Source of the DNA: Chloroflexaceae bacterium
GTDB taxonomy: Bacteria > Chloroflexota > Chloroflexia > Chloroflexales > Chloroflexaceae
DNA: 64,000 nucleotides
Direction of reading: 5' to 3'
Assembly: GCA_034431835.1 (NCBI GenBank)
Contig: DAOUDA010000060.1
Span: 2,106 to 66,105 of the forward strand
In this document: in pieces, positions 26,017 through 34,330 of the stretch
Layout: each line of letters starts with the position of its first letter
Numbering within the stretch: the stretch's first letter is position 1
Notes under the pieces: generated by a model
What the model was told of the DNA's origin: nothing
Databases searched by the model: none
Seen by the model: the letters and a program-made list of their open reading frames with translations, nothing else
Translations under genes and position numbers: made by a program

Positions 26017-27882
26017 CTAGTCCATCATTGGCGGCAGGTCCTGGCCATAGCTGCGCTGGAGCGGCAGTTCGGGAATGAGCAGGGAGAGCGCCAGCCCGAT
26101 AACGGCCAGCCAGATAGCGTACCAGTAGATCGTTGTGACGCTGGTGGTAAACGCGCCCTTTAGTGCAACATCAATCTGTTCACCCAGCGCTCGACCCTCG
26201 GCGCGAGCCGTCTGCTCGGCCTCGTCGAGGCGACTCAGGACCTGAGTCAGTGCCTGTTCACGTGCCGGCGCCGGCAGCGTTCCGATCATATCCAGCATAG
26301 CCTTCTGCTGATCGGGCAGTTGCGGATCGGCGCGCAGCACGGCTATCGCCCGGGGATCGGCGTCGCGCAACGCTCGCGTGATCAGATCACGACGGGCAGC
26401 AAACTGCTCGGCAATCGCCTGCTCGATACGCACCGCCGGATCGACCGTCGCGCCACTCGCCCCTTCGCCGGCGCCCATACCGTTGCGCAGGGTGCTGCTG
26501 TCGAAACGCGCCGCCATTTCAGGCGGCAACTGGGCCTGAATAGGCGCAAGATTCGCGCTCAGGGTTGTGGTCAGCACAGCGGTGAGGAGCGCGCCAAAGA
26601 CGGACGACCCCACCACCTGCCCGATCTGCTGGAAGAACTGGCGGCTGGCCGTCGCCGCGCCCAGATCAGTGCGCGGCACCGCGTTCTGCATGGCCAGATT
26701 GAGGATCGGCATCGACGGCCCCAGCCCTAACCCCAGCGCAATCATACGCAGCCGCACCATCCAGATCGAGGTGTCAGGGGTCAGCTTCGTCAGCCACCAG
26801 AGTGAAGCCACAATGATCGCCATTCCGCCGATGATCACCCCTTTGTAGCGCCCGGTGCGCTGCACGATCTGCGACGAGACCATCGCGCCCACCACCAGAC
26901 TCAGCGTGAGGGGTATCAAGGTCGTACCGGCAGCGGTCGCGCTCACCCCCAGCACATTCACCAGGTAGAGCGAGAGGAAGAAGATCGCGGCGAACAGCGT
27001 TGCGCCTACCGTCACACCAATCAGCGCGGTGAGGGTAAAGGTGCGAATGCGGAAGAGGTGCATTGGCAAGATCGGGGATTCGGCGCGCCGTTCAATCAGC
27101 AGGAAGAGGGCCAGACCTGCCGCGCTGACGGCAAACATGCTCAGAATCAGCGGCGACGTCCACGGATAATCGTTCTTATCCAGGGTCAGCGCCAGCAGGA
27201 AGGGGATCACCGTTAGCAGCAGCGTCACCGCACCGGCATAGTCGATCGCCGGCGCAAGGCCGCTGTGCAGGCGCGGCAGTTTGGCGATGATGAAGCTCAG
27301 CGCCACCACTCCGAGCGGCAAATTGACGAAGAAGACCCAGTGCCAGCTCAGGTTGTCGGTGAGCATGCCGCCAATAAATGGCCCTACCACACTGGATAGA
27401 CCGAACACCGCGCCGAACATGCCCAGGTAGCGCGCCCGTTCCGCTGGCGCAAACAGATCGGCCGGGATGGCAAACGCGGTCGAAGTCAGCGCCGCCGCGC
27501 CAAAGCCCTGCAAGCCGCGGAAGATCACCAGTTGAGTCATGCTGCTTGCCAGTCCGCACAACAGCGAGCCTGGCAGGAAGACGACGATCCCGAACAGCAA
27601 GACATATTTGCGACCGTAGATATCCGAGAGCTTGCCATAGATCGGCACCATTGCCGTTGAAGCGAGCAGATAGCTGGTCGAAACCCAGCCGATCAGCTCG
27701 ATGCCCTGCAAATCGGCGACGATCCGTGGCAGCGCGGTTGAGATGATCGTCTGATCCAGCGCCGAAAGGAACAGACCCAGCAGCACGCCAATGAGAATCA
27801 GCACCTTGCTGCGCTGATCGAGCGTCGCCGCGTAATCGATCCGGGTGGCGGTTACAGTAGCCGGAGAGGTTGTGGTAGCCAT
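26017..27882 (-). CDS. MFS drug:H+ antiporter, DHA2 (EmrB/QacA, 14-TM) family, with a long soluble C-terminal tail
   Basis: LDQTIISTALP and motif A GKLSDIYGRKYVLLFG. 14 helices, then a ~170-aa hydrophilic tail and a final TM. The AGGAG RBS overlaps the marR stop. Confidence 0.85.
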   Translation of the reverse strand: MATTTSPATVTATRIDYAATLDQRSKVLILIGVLLGLFLSALDQTIISTALPRIVADLQGIELIGWVSTSYLLASTAMVPIYGKLSDIYGRKYVLLFGIVVFLPGSLLCGLASSMTQLVIFRGLQGFGAAALTSTAFAIPADLFAPAERARYLGMFGAVFGLSSVVGPFIGGMLTDNLSWHWVFFVNLPLGVVALSFIIAKLPRLHSGLAPAIDYAGAVTLLLTVIPFLLALTLDKNDYPWTSPLILSMFAVSAAGLALFLLIERRAESPILPMHLFRIRTFTLTALIGVTVGATLFAAIFFLSLYLVNVLGVSATAAGTTLIPLTLSLVVGAMVSSQIVQRTGRYKGVIIGGMAIIVASLWWLTKLTPDTSIWMVRLRMIALGLGLGPSMPILNLAMQNAVPRTDLGAATASRQFFQQIGQVVGSSVFGALLTAVLTTTLSANLAPIQAQLPPEMAARFDSSTLRNGMGAGEGASGATVDPAVRIEQAIAEQFAARRDLITRALRDADPRAIAVLRADPQLPDQQKAMLDMIGTLPAPAREQALTQVLSRLDEAEQTARAEGRALGEQIDVALKGAFTTSVTTIYWYAIWLAVIGLALSLLIPELPLQRSYGQDLPPMMD

Positions 27883-27897
27883 ACGGTGGTGATGCTC

Positions 27898-28380
27898 CTA
27901 TGGGATCGTAACCAGGTTCCATTCCCGGCAGGCCGCGCTGAGCGCCTGCCCCAGTTGTTCGAGCAATTCAGGCGGTAAGCGGCGCAGATGGCGGCTGGTT
28001 TCGTTCAAGCGGATCTGCCGCGCCTCGGTCACCAGCGCCTCCCCGGCCGGAGTAAGCGAGACCAGCTTCTGCCGCCGGTCGCGCGACGCTTCGTGACGCT
28101 CAACCAGACCGTCCTGCACCAACTGCTCGATGATCTGGCTGGTCGTGCCCAGCGCCAGATTGAGATGTTCACTCAACGAAGAAATCGTGGCTGCCTGATG
28201 GCGCTGAATGTGCATGAGCGAAACCAGTCGTGGCATCGAGAGATTGGCGCGCTGGAGAAACTGCAACAGCGTCTCCATGCTCTGGCCCATCAACTCGCTG
28301 TGAACAAGGTTGAATAGTTCAGCAACGCGCTCCGGCGTGAAGGGCGGGTCGAGTTCGTGATACACGGTTTGATCCTTCAA
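27898..28380 (-). CDS. MarR family transcriptional regulator
   Basis: Winged-helix core ISSLSEHLNLALGTTSQIIEQLVQDGLVERHEASRDRRQKLVSLTPAG. TTG start as in the track; the start is uncertain. Lies immediately upstream of the DHA2 pump. Confidence 0.8.
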   Translation of the reverse strand: MKDQTVYHELDPPFTPERVAELFNLVHSELMGQSMETLLQFLQRANLSMPRLVSLMHIQRHQAATISSLSEHLNLALGTTSQIIEQLVQDGLVERHEASRDRRQKLVSLTPAGEALVTEARQIRLNETSRHLRRLPPELLEQLGQALSAACREWNLVTIP

Positions 28381-28404
28381 ATAGTTCGGATTATCTAACT
28401 ATTT
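28379..28404. promoter_or_regulatory. candidate MarR operator (8-bp inverted repeat)
   Basis: AAATAGTT-N10-AACTATTT, overlapping the annotated marR start and lying just downstream of a candidate promoter. Confidence 0.5.
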
Positions 28405-28408
28405 GAAG

Positions 28409-28435
28409 AATATAACCATTTCCCGCCGCTGTCAA
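28409..28435 (-). promoter_or_regulatory. candidate marR-MFS promoter
   Basis: The minus strand reads TTGACA (28435-28430), then after 15-16 nt TATATT/ATATTC (28414-28408). Confidence 0.5.
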
Positions 28436-28590
28436 GGGGCAGCGCGCACCGGGCGACCAGCTCTGACCGGCGTCCCTTCCTGATGGGGACCTCGGGCGCG
28501 CGGTGCAGCGACATCTAACATCTCTCTAATTGCGGAGTTCGACGCCTTCAGGTACAATACACAGCGAAACAGTGTGTCAACGGTGACTAC

Positions 28591-28610
28591 GGGGAGGGCC
28601 TGGCCCTCCC
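28591..28610. repeat. family P2 hairpin
   Basis: GGGGAGGGCCTGGCCCTCCC. Confidence 0.85.
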
Positions 28611-28660
28611 TCGCCAGTTCATCGAGTGTCGTTCCAGAATCAGGGAGGGTGTACGAAGCC

Positions 28661-28900
28661 ATGCCAACGTACGTTTACGCCTGTGATGCCTGTGGCAAGC
28701 AGTTCGAGCAGTTCCAGAGCTTCAAGGATGAACCGCTTACCGTGTGTCGCTGTGGCCAGGCGGGAAAGGTACGCCGGCTGATCCAACCGGCTGGCATCGT
28801 CTTCAAGGGGTCCGGCTGGTACATTACCGATAGCCGTAAGCCCGATACAAGCGAGAAGAGCGCATCGAGTGAGTCTACCGCCGCCAATTCTGACGCTTGA
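28661..28900 (+). CDS. FmdB-family zinc-ribbon protein
   Basis: MPTYVYACDACGKQFEQFQSFKDEPLTVCRCG. The CxxC..CxC spacing and YxYxC opening are typical of the family. GGGAGGG RBS. 79 aa. Confidence 0.8.
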   Translation: MPTYVYACDACGKQFEQFQSFKDEPLTVCRCGQAGKVRRLIQPAGIVFKGSGWYITDSRKPDTSEKSASSESTAANSDA

Positions 28901-29060
28901 ACCCGCCCATCGCCTCCCCTGGCCGGCTGCCTTTACTCGCCGGCCCTGGCCTTCTCGCCCTGGGTGTAGCTGTAGTTAGGGGCGTCGCATGCCGCGGCGC
29001 CCCCTTGAGCACTTCGGTCGCCCGCCGTCGCCCGAACTCACCCTAGCGGAAGGTTGTGTT

Positions 29061-29834
29061 ATGCCCCTCTCCAGTGCCCTGCGCGTGCTGCGCGACGATG
29101 TGCGCGCCATCTTTCGCAATGACCCGGCCGCGCGCAACCTGGCCGAGGTGTTGCTCTACCCCGGCCTGCATGCTATTATCCTTCACCGCGTCGCCCACGC
29201 CATCCATCGCCGTGGCGTGCCCTTCGTCCCCCGTCTGATCTCGCAGATCTCGCGTTTCCTCACCGGGATCGAGATCCACCCCGGCGCCCGTATTGGCCGC
29301 GGCTTTTTCATTGACCACGGCATGGGCGTGGTGATCGGCGAGACCGCCGAGATCGGCGATTGGGTCGTGCTCTATCAGGGGGTGACCCTCGGCGGCACCG
29401 GGAAGCAGAAGGGTAAACGCCACCCCACCCTCCGCGATGAGGTGGTCGTGGGGGTCGGCGCGATTGTGCTCGGCGATATTACCGTCGGCGAGGGCGCCCG
29501 TATCGGCGGCGGCGCGGTGGTAGTCAAGGACGTGCCGCCCCACGCCACCGCCGTTGGCGTTCCTGCGCGCATCGTCGCTACCCGCGATCCGCGCACCGGC
29601 GTGACCCGCCGCGTCGAGGTGCTCCCCGACCCCGAGGGCGAGATGCTCCGCGGCCTCCACGATAAGGTGCTCGAACTCGAGGCGCGCCTCAGTGACCTGG
29701 AAGAGGTGACCCACACGCACCACGCCGAACATCGCCTGACCTACGACGCCCTCCCCGAGAGCCTCTGGCGCACGCTCTACGATGCTCCGCGCAACGGCGG
29801 TGACGAGGAGTACAATCTCGGCGCGGGGATCTAG
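29061..29834 (+). CDS. cysE: serine O-acetyltransferase
   Basis: [55 protein letters not shown] and [17 protein letters not shown] match the left-handed beta-helix hexapeptide pattern of CysE. It carries a ~70-aa C-terminal extension. Confidence 0.9.
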   Translation: MPLSSALRVLRDDVRAIFRNDPAARNLAEVLLYPGLHAIILHRVAHAIHRRGVPFVPRLISQISRFLTGIEIHPGARIGRGFFIDHGMGVVIGETAEIGDWVVLYQGVTLGGTGKQKGKRHPTLRDEVVVGVGAIVLGDITVGEGARIGGGAVVVKDVPPHATAVGVPARIVATRDPRTGVTRRVEVLPDPEGEMLRGLHDKVLELEARLSDLEEVTHTHHAEHRLTYDALPESLWRTLYDAPRNGGDEEYNLGAGI

Positions 29835-30030
29835 AGCATCGACCGAATGCTTGATCCCCTGAGAACCCTGAGCTGTGCGGCTCGCGGCGCTCGCGCCGCT
29901 ATCGTTGCGGGTCAATCGTTTCGAGAAACGCTCTAGCACCGGTCCGGAAAACCAGATCGCTGCATTGCTTTTCGGTCAGGGATCGCCCTCCTCGCAGCTC
30001 CCCGGGAGTTGGCGAGGGCAAATCCGGATA

Positions 30031-30133
30031 GTGTTCACATCTACCGAACACGTTCGCCCCGCAGAGGGCGCGGAGGGCTTCAAAACGTTCACCCTCTACG
30101 TTCCTCTGCGCACTCTGCGGTAAATCTGAACAC
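30031..30133 (+). mobile_element. MITE-like ~100-bp element, copy B (in the cysE-cysS spacer)
   Basis: Collinear with copy A apart from a 7-9-nt insertion. The termini GTGTTCACATCT and AAATCTGAACAC are inverted repeats (10/12). Internal inverted repeat CCGCAGAGGG/CTCTGCGG. Confidence 0.7.
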
Positions 30134-30136
30134 GTA

Positions 30137-30171
30137 CCAAATCTGCAATCCAAAATCTAACATCCACAATC
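30137..30171 (+). repeat. 7-nt periodic array (NNNAATC)x5
   Basis: CCAAATC TGCAATC CAAAATC TAACATC CACAATC, ending 4 nt before the cysS ATG. Confidence 0.85.
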
Positions 30172-30174
30172 GCC

Positions 30175-31590
30175 ATGCCTATCACCATCTACAATACGCT
30201 CACCCGCGCTACCGAGCCGTTCGAGACGCTTGAGCCCGGCGTGGTGCGCATGTACGTCTGTGGGGTGACGCCCTACGATGAGGCCCACATCGGCCACGCC
30301 ATGTCGGCGGTGGTCTTTGATGTGATCCGGCGCTACCTGGAGTTCCGCGGCTATAGCGTGCGGCACATCGTCAATTTTACCGATGTTGACGATAAGGTCA
30401 TCGCCCGCGCCGCCCAGCTTGGCCGCGATCCCCTCGAACTCTCCTCCGAACTGGCCGAGGAGTTCCTGGCCCAGCTTCGGGCGCTGAACGTGCTGCCCGC
30501 CAGCGCCTATCCTCGCGTCACCCGCACCATCCCCGAGATCATCGCCTTCATCCAGGGCCTGATTGAGCGGGGACACGCCTATGTCGCCGATGGCGATGTC
30601 TATTTCCGCGTCTCCAGTGACCCTGACTACGGCAAGCTCTCTGGACGTTCGCTCGAGGATATGCTCGCCGGCACCCGTTTTGAGGTGGACCCGCGTAAGG
30701 AATCTCCCGCCGATTTTGCCCTCTGGAAGGCCGCCCGGCCCGGCGAGCCGGCCTGGGATAGCCCCTGGGGCCCCGGTCGTCCGGGCTGGCACATCGAGTG
30801 CTCGGCGATGAGCATGCAGCACCTCGGCGAGCAGATCGACATTCACGGCGGCGGCGCCGACCTGATCTTCCCCCACCACGAGAATGAGATCGCCCAGAGC
30901 GAGTGCCTCACCGGAAAGCCCTTCGCCCGCTACTGGGTGCACAACGGCATGCTGCAACTGGTCAACCCCGAAACGCGGCAGGTCGAGAAGATGTCGAAGT
31001 CGCTGGGCAATGTGGTGACGGTGGCGAGCTTCCTCGAACGCTACGACGCCGATGTCTTCCGGCTGATCGTGCTGAGCAGCTCCTACCGCAGCCCCCTCAC
31101 CTACAACGACGAGGTTGCCGCAGATAATGCCCGCAAGCTCGAACGGTTGCTCACCGGGCTGCAACCGCCCACCGGCGCCCTCACCGAGGGGCCGCCCGTC
31201 GCCGCCCTCGCCGATGCCGTCGCCACGGCTCGCGCGCACTTCGTCGCGGCGATGGACGCCGATTTCAATTCCGCAGGCGCCCTGGCGGCGCTCTTCGAAC
31301 TGGTGCGGGCGATCAACAGCGCCCGTGACGCCGGCGTCGGCGGCGCGCCCTTCGTCACGGCCCAGAACGCCCTGCGCGAACTGGCCGGCGTCCTCGGGCT
31401 GCGCCTCAGCCCGCGCCCCACGGGGAAACTCCAGGACGTGGCGCCATTCATTGACCTGCTGGTGGAGGTGCGGAGCGAGTTACGCAAGGCGCGCCAGTTT
31501 GCCCTGGCCGACCTGGTGCGCAGCCGTCTGGCCGATCTCGGCGTGACGCTCGAAGATGGTCCCCAGGGTACGCGGTGGAAACTGTCATGA
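30175..31590 (+). CDS. cysS: cysteine--tRNA ligase
   Basis: HIGH motif (HIGHAMS), KMSKS motif (KMSKSLGN), and zinc-site residues in WHIECS. 471 aa. Confidence 0.95.
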   Translation: MPITIYNTLTRATEPFETLEPGVVRMYVCGVTPYDEAHIGHAMSAVVFDVIRRYLEFRGYSVRHIVNFTDVDDKVIARAAQLGRDPLELSSELAEEFLAQLRALNVLPASAYPRVTRTIPEIIAFIQGLIERGHAYVADGDVYFRVSSDPDYGKLSGRSLEDMLAGTRFEVDPRKESPADFALWKAARPGEPAWDSPWGPGRPGWHIECSAMSMQHLGEQIDIHGGGADLIFPHHENEIAQSECLTGKPFARYWVHNGMLQLVNPETRQVEKMSKSLGNVVTVASFLERYDADVFRLIVLSSSYRSPLTYNDEVAADNARKLERLLTGLQPPTGALTEGPPVAALADAVATARAHFVAAMDADFNSAGALAALFELVRAINSARDAGVGGAPFVTAQNALRELAGVLGLRLSPRPTGKLQDVAPFIDLLVEVRSELRKARQFALADLVRSRLADLGVTLEDGPQGTRWKLS

Positions 31591-32579
31591 ACTGGCTCGA
31601 ACTCTCGGTTGAAGTTGACGGCGAGGCGGTCGAGGCGGTCTCCGAGGTGCTGGCCCGCTACGGCTACAATGGCGGCGTGGTGGTGGAACCGGCCTGGACG
31701 CCGGGGGACGAGGGGCCGGAGTTCCGCTACGATACCACCCGCCCGAGTGTGCTGCGCACCTACCTGCCCCTGGACGAGCAGGCCGAAGATACCCGGCAGC
31801 GTGTCGAGCGGGCCCTCTGGCACCTCGGCCAGATGCGCCCCATCGGCCCCCTCCGGACCCGCGCGCTCGCGGAGGAGGACTGGGCCAATGCCTGGAAGCA
31901 GCACTACGCCGTGCTGCGGGTCGGCGAGCGTATCGTGATTGTGCCTTCATGGCTCGAGCATCACCCCGCCCCTGACGATGTTGTGCTGCACCTCGACCCG
32001 GGGATGGCCTTCGGCACCGGGCTGCATCCCACCACCCAGCTCTGCCTGCGGCTGCTCGAGCGCCACGCGCACCCGGGCCAGCGGGCGCTCGACCTGGGGA
32101 CGGGCAGCGGTATTCTGGCCATCGCCGCCGCTCGCCTGGGCGTGGATGCGGTGCTGGCCCTCGACAACGACCCCGTGGCCGTCGCCGTGGCCGCCGAGAA
32201 CGTCGCCCGCAACGGGGTGAGCGAGCGGGTGACGGTGGCCGAGGGCAGCCTGGGGGCCGGGGCGCGCATGGGTCACTGGCTGAGCGGCGACTTTGGCCCT
32301 TCCGAATCCTCCGCGCCGGAGGCCGCCGCACCAGGCTCGGGGCCGTTCGACCTCATCGTCGCCAACCTGATCGCCCGGGTGCTGGTGATCCTCGCCGCCG
32401 ATCTGGCCGCGGCCCTGGCCCCCGGCGGCACACTCATCAGCAGCGGCATTCTTGACGCCCGCGAAGCCGAGGTCGAGGCCGCCTTCGCCGCCGCCGGCCT
32501 GCACCTGCTCGAGCGCCACGCCGAGGGCGAATGGGTCGCCCTGGTGCATACTCTGGTTCCCCCAACCAGCAACGTTTGA
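31587..32579 (+). CDS. prmA: ribosomal protein L11 methyltransferase
   Basis: MNWLELSV.. N-terminus. [16 protein letters not shown] motif [22 protein letters not shown] overlap with the cysS stop. Confidence 0.9.
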   Translation: MNWLELSVEVDGEAVEAVSEVLARYGYNGGVVVEPAWTPGDEGPEFRYDTTRPSVLRTYLPLDEQAEDTRQRVERALWHLGQMRPIGPLRTRALAEEDWANAWKQHYAVLRVGERIVIVPSWLEHHPAPDDVVLHLDPGMAFGTGLHPTTQLCLRLLERHAHPGQRALDLGTGSGILAIAAARLGVDAVLALDNDPVAVAVAAENVARNGVSERVTVAEGSLGAGARMGHWLSGDFGPSESSAPEAAAPGSGPFDLIVANLIARVLVILAADLAAALAPGGTLISSGILDAREAEVEAAFAAAGLHLLERHAEGEWVALVHTLVPPTSNV

Positions 32580-32876
32580 CACACCTCAGGCGTCGTCTTA
32601 GCGACGTGCTTGACGTTCAACCAGCGCCTGTTCGTCCAGAACCGGCACGTAGATGAACCTCGCCGGACATGCTCCAGGTGCGGCAGTACAGGGTTGCTAC
32701 ACCCTACCCGCCGCTACCTGGAGCGTTTCCATGGCAACGCATCATCCCCGCGCTCCTCTCCTCACTTCCATCAGCCCTGATTTACCGGGTGCGATCGGCG
32801 CCATCCGCATGCTATACGCGGTATACTACATGGTATTCGCTACCTGTGTGCATAGACCTCCCCGGGGAGAATACCA

Positions 32877-34292
32877 ATGTCTGATCCGGAGACTCGTCTT
32901 CCTCCGCAGGCCGACACCCTGCCTCCTGCGCCCCCTGCCGAGAACGTCCGGGCGCCCCTTCCTCCGGCTGCACCAGATGATATGCCGCGTGGACGGCGCC
33001 GGTTGCTCATCTTGCTGGCGGCGGCCCTGGGCGCCTTCGTCATCGTCGCCAGTATCGGCCTGCTCCTGGTGGTCCTGACCAACCCGGTGCTGCGGGGCCG
33101 GCTGGCCTCGCTCACCGCGGGTCAGGCCGGCCCGCCCCCCGACAGCCCGAACAAGTTCGTCGCCATCCCCGATGGCCCGGTGGCGATCACCGACGACTTC
33201 AGCCAGCCATCCAGTCGCTGGGATCGCTCGCAGACCCGTATCAACGGCGGCGCCTACGAACTGACCCTCGAACTGCCCCACTTCGACTCCTACGGCCTCT
33301 ATCTGGGCGTGGCCGACGTGCGCGACTTCGACATGGCCGTGGACGTGCTGCCGGTCAGCGGCGATCTGACCTCCGAGTTCGGCATTCGTTTCCGCCAGGC
33401 CGCCCCTGATGACCACCTGCTCTTCTCGATCAGCCCGTCGGGCTACTTCCGCCTCGCCCGGGTGCGCGATGAGACCTACACCTCCCTCGTGCCCTGGACC
33501 CCCGACCCACGCATCCGCAGGGGCCTGGGGGTGAGCAACCGGCTGCGCGTGGTTGCCGAGGGGGCCTCGATCCGCGCCTTCATCAACGGCGAGCAGGTGC
33601 TGGAGTACACCGATGAACTCCAGCAGGCGGGCCAGCTTACCCTGGGCCTCGTAACCTTCGAGCAGGGCGATCTGACGGTCCGCTTCGACAACATCGAGGG
33701 CGCGGTGGCGCCGATCGTTGACGCGCCCCGCGACGAATGGGTCGAACTGCGCGAGGATTTCAGCGACCCCAAACGCGCCCAGTGGAGCGTGGGCGGCGCC
33801 ACCATTGTGCAGGAGACCTACGAGGTCTTCGTCGGTGGCGAGGTGGTGTCGTGGCAGCAACCTCTGCCCGTTGGCGCTTCTCAGGTGGAGCGGGACTTCG
33901 TACTGGAAGTGGACGCCACGCTGGTGGCGGGAGAGGGCGGAGGCAGCGGCTACGGCCTGATGTTCGGCGACGACGCCGCCTTCAACTTCTTCGCCCTGAT
34001 CGTCTTCCCCGAGGGGGGCTACATGCTCTACCGCAACGGCGCCGACGGCGGCCTGGTCATTCCTCCGGTTCCGGCGCCCGCGGTGCGCACCGGCCTCAAC
34101 GCCACCAACCGCATCAAGCTCGAGGTGCGCGACCGGCGGCTGGCGATCAGCATCAACGACGAGGTGCTGGCCGAACTGGAGTTTACCGACGGCGTCAACC
34201 TGAAAGGCCGGGCGGGCCTGGTCATCCAGGGCGCGGACACCTCCGAGGTGCGCGCGCGCTTCGATAATTTCCGTCTGGAGGAACTACCCTGA
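32877..34292 (+). CDS. membrane-anchored protein with two LamG/DUF1080-like jelly-roll domains
   Basis: Pro-rich cytoplasmic head, one TM helix (LLILLAAALGAFVIVASIGLLLVVL), then two ~180-aa domains. Each ends in the pattern G(L/Q)L(T/V)LG..F(D/E)N(I/F), like the 5582-6364 protein. Confidence 0.6.
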   Translation: MSDPETRLPPQADTLPPAPPAENVRAPLPPAAPDDMPRGRRRLLILLAAALGAFVIVASIGLLLVVLTNPVLRGRLASLTAGQAGPPPDSPNKFVAIPDGPVAITDDFSQPSSRWDRSQTRINGGAYELTLELPHFDSYGLYLGVADVRDFDMAVDVLPVSGDLTSEFGIRFRQAAPDDHLLFSISPSGYFRLARVRDETYTSLVPWTPDPRIRRGLGVSNRLRVVAEGASIRAFINGEQVLEYTDELQQAGQLTLGLVTFEQGDLTVRFDNIEGAVAPIVDAPRDEWVELREDFSDPKRAQWSVGGATIVQETYEVFVGGEVVSWQQPLPVGASQVERDFVLEVDATLVAGEGGGSGYGLMFGDDAAFNFFALIVFPEGGYMLYRNGADGGLVIPPVPAPAVRTGLNATNRIKLEVRDRRLAISINDEVLAELEFTDGVNLKGRAGLVIQGADTSEVRARFDNFRLEELP

Positions 34293-34330
34293 GGTGAACC
34301 CGGGTCACCTCTGGGAGGGGCGCGAGGTGG

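Noticed and set aside
29835-30174. Possible T-box leader or attenuator between cysE and cysS, as in Firmicutes cysES operons.
   Set aside because: I found no T-box consensus (AANNNGGGTGGTACCGCG-like) and no specifier-loop architecture. The spacer is accounted for by a MITE-like element and a heptamer array.
32580-32876. Promoter or structured RNA in the 297-bp spacer before the double LamG-like protein gene (TATACT at 32822-32827).
   Set aside because: The -10-like hexamer lacks a convincing -35 or TG extension. I saw no conserved structure, so support is insufficient.
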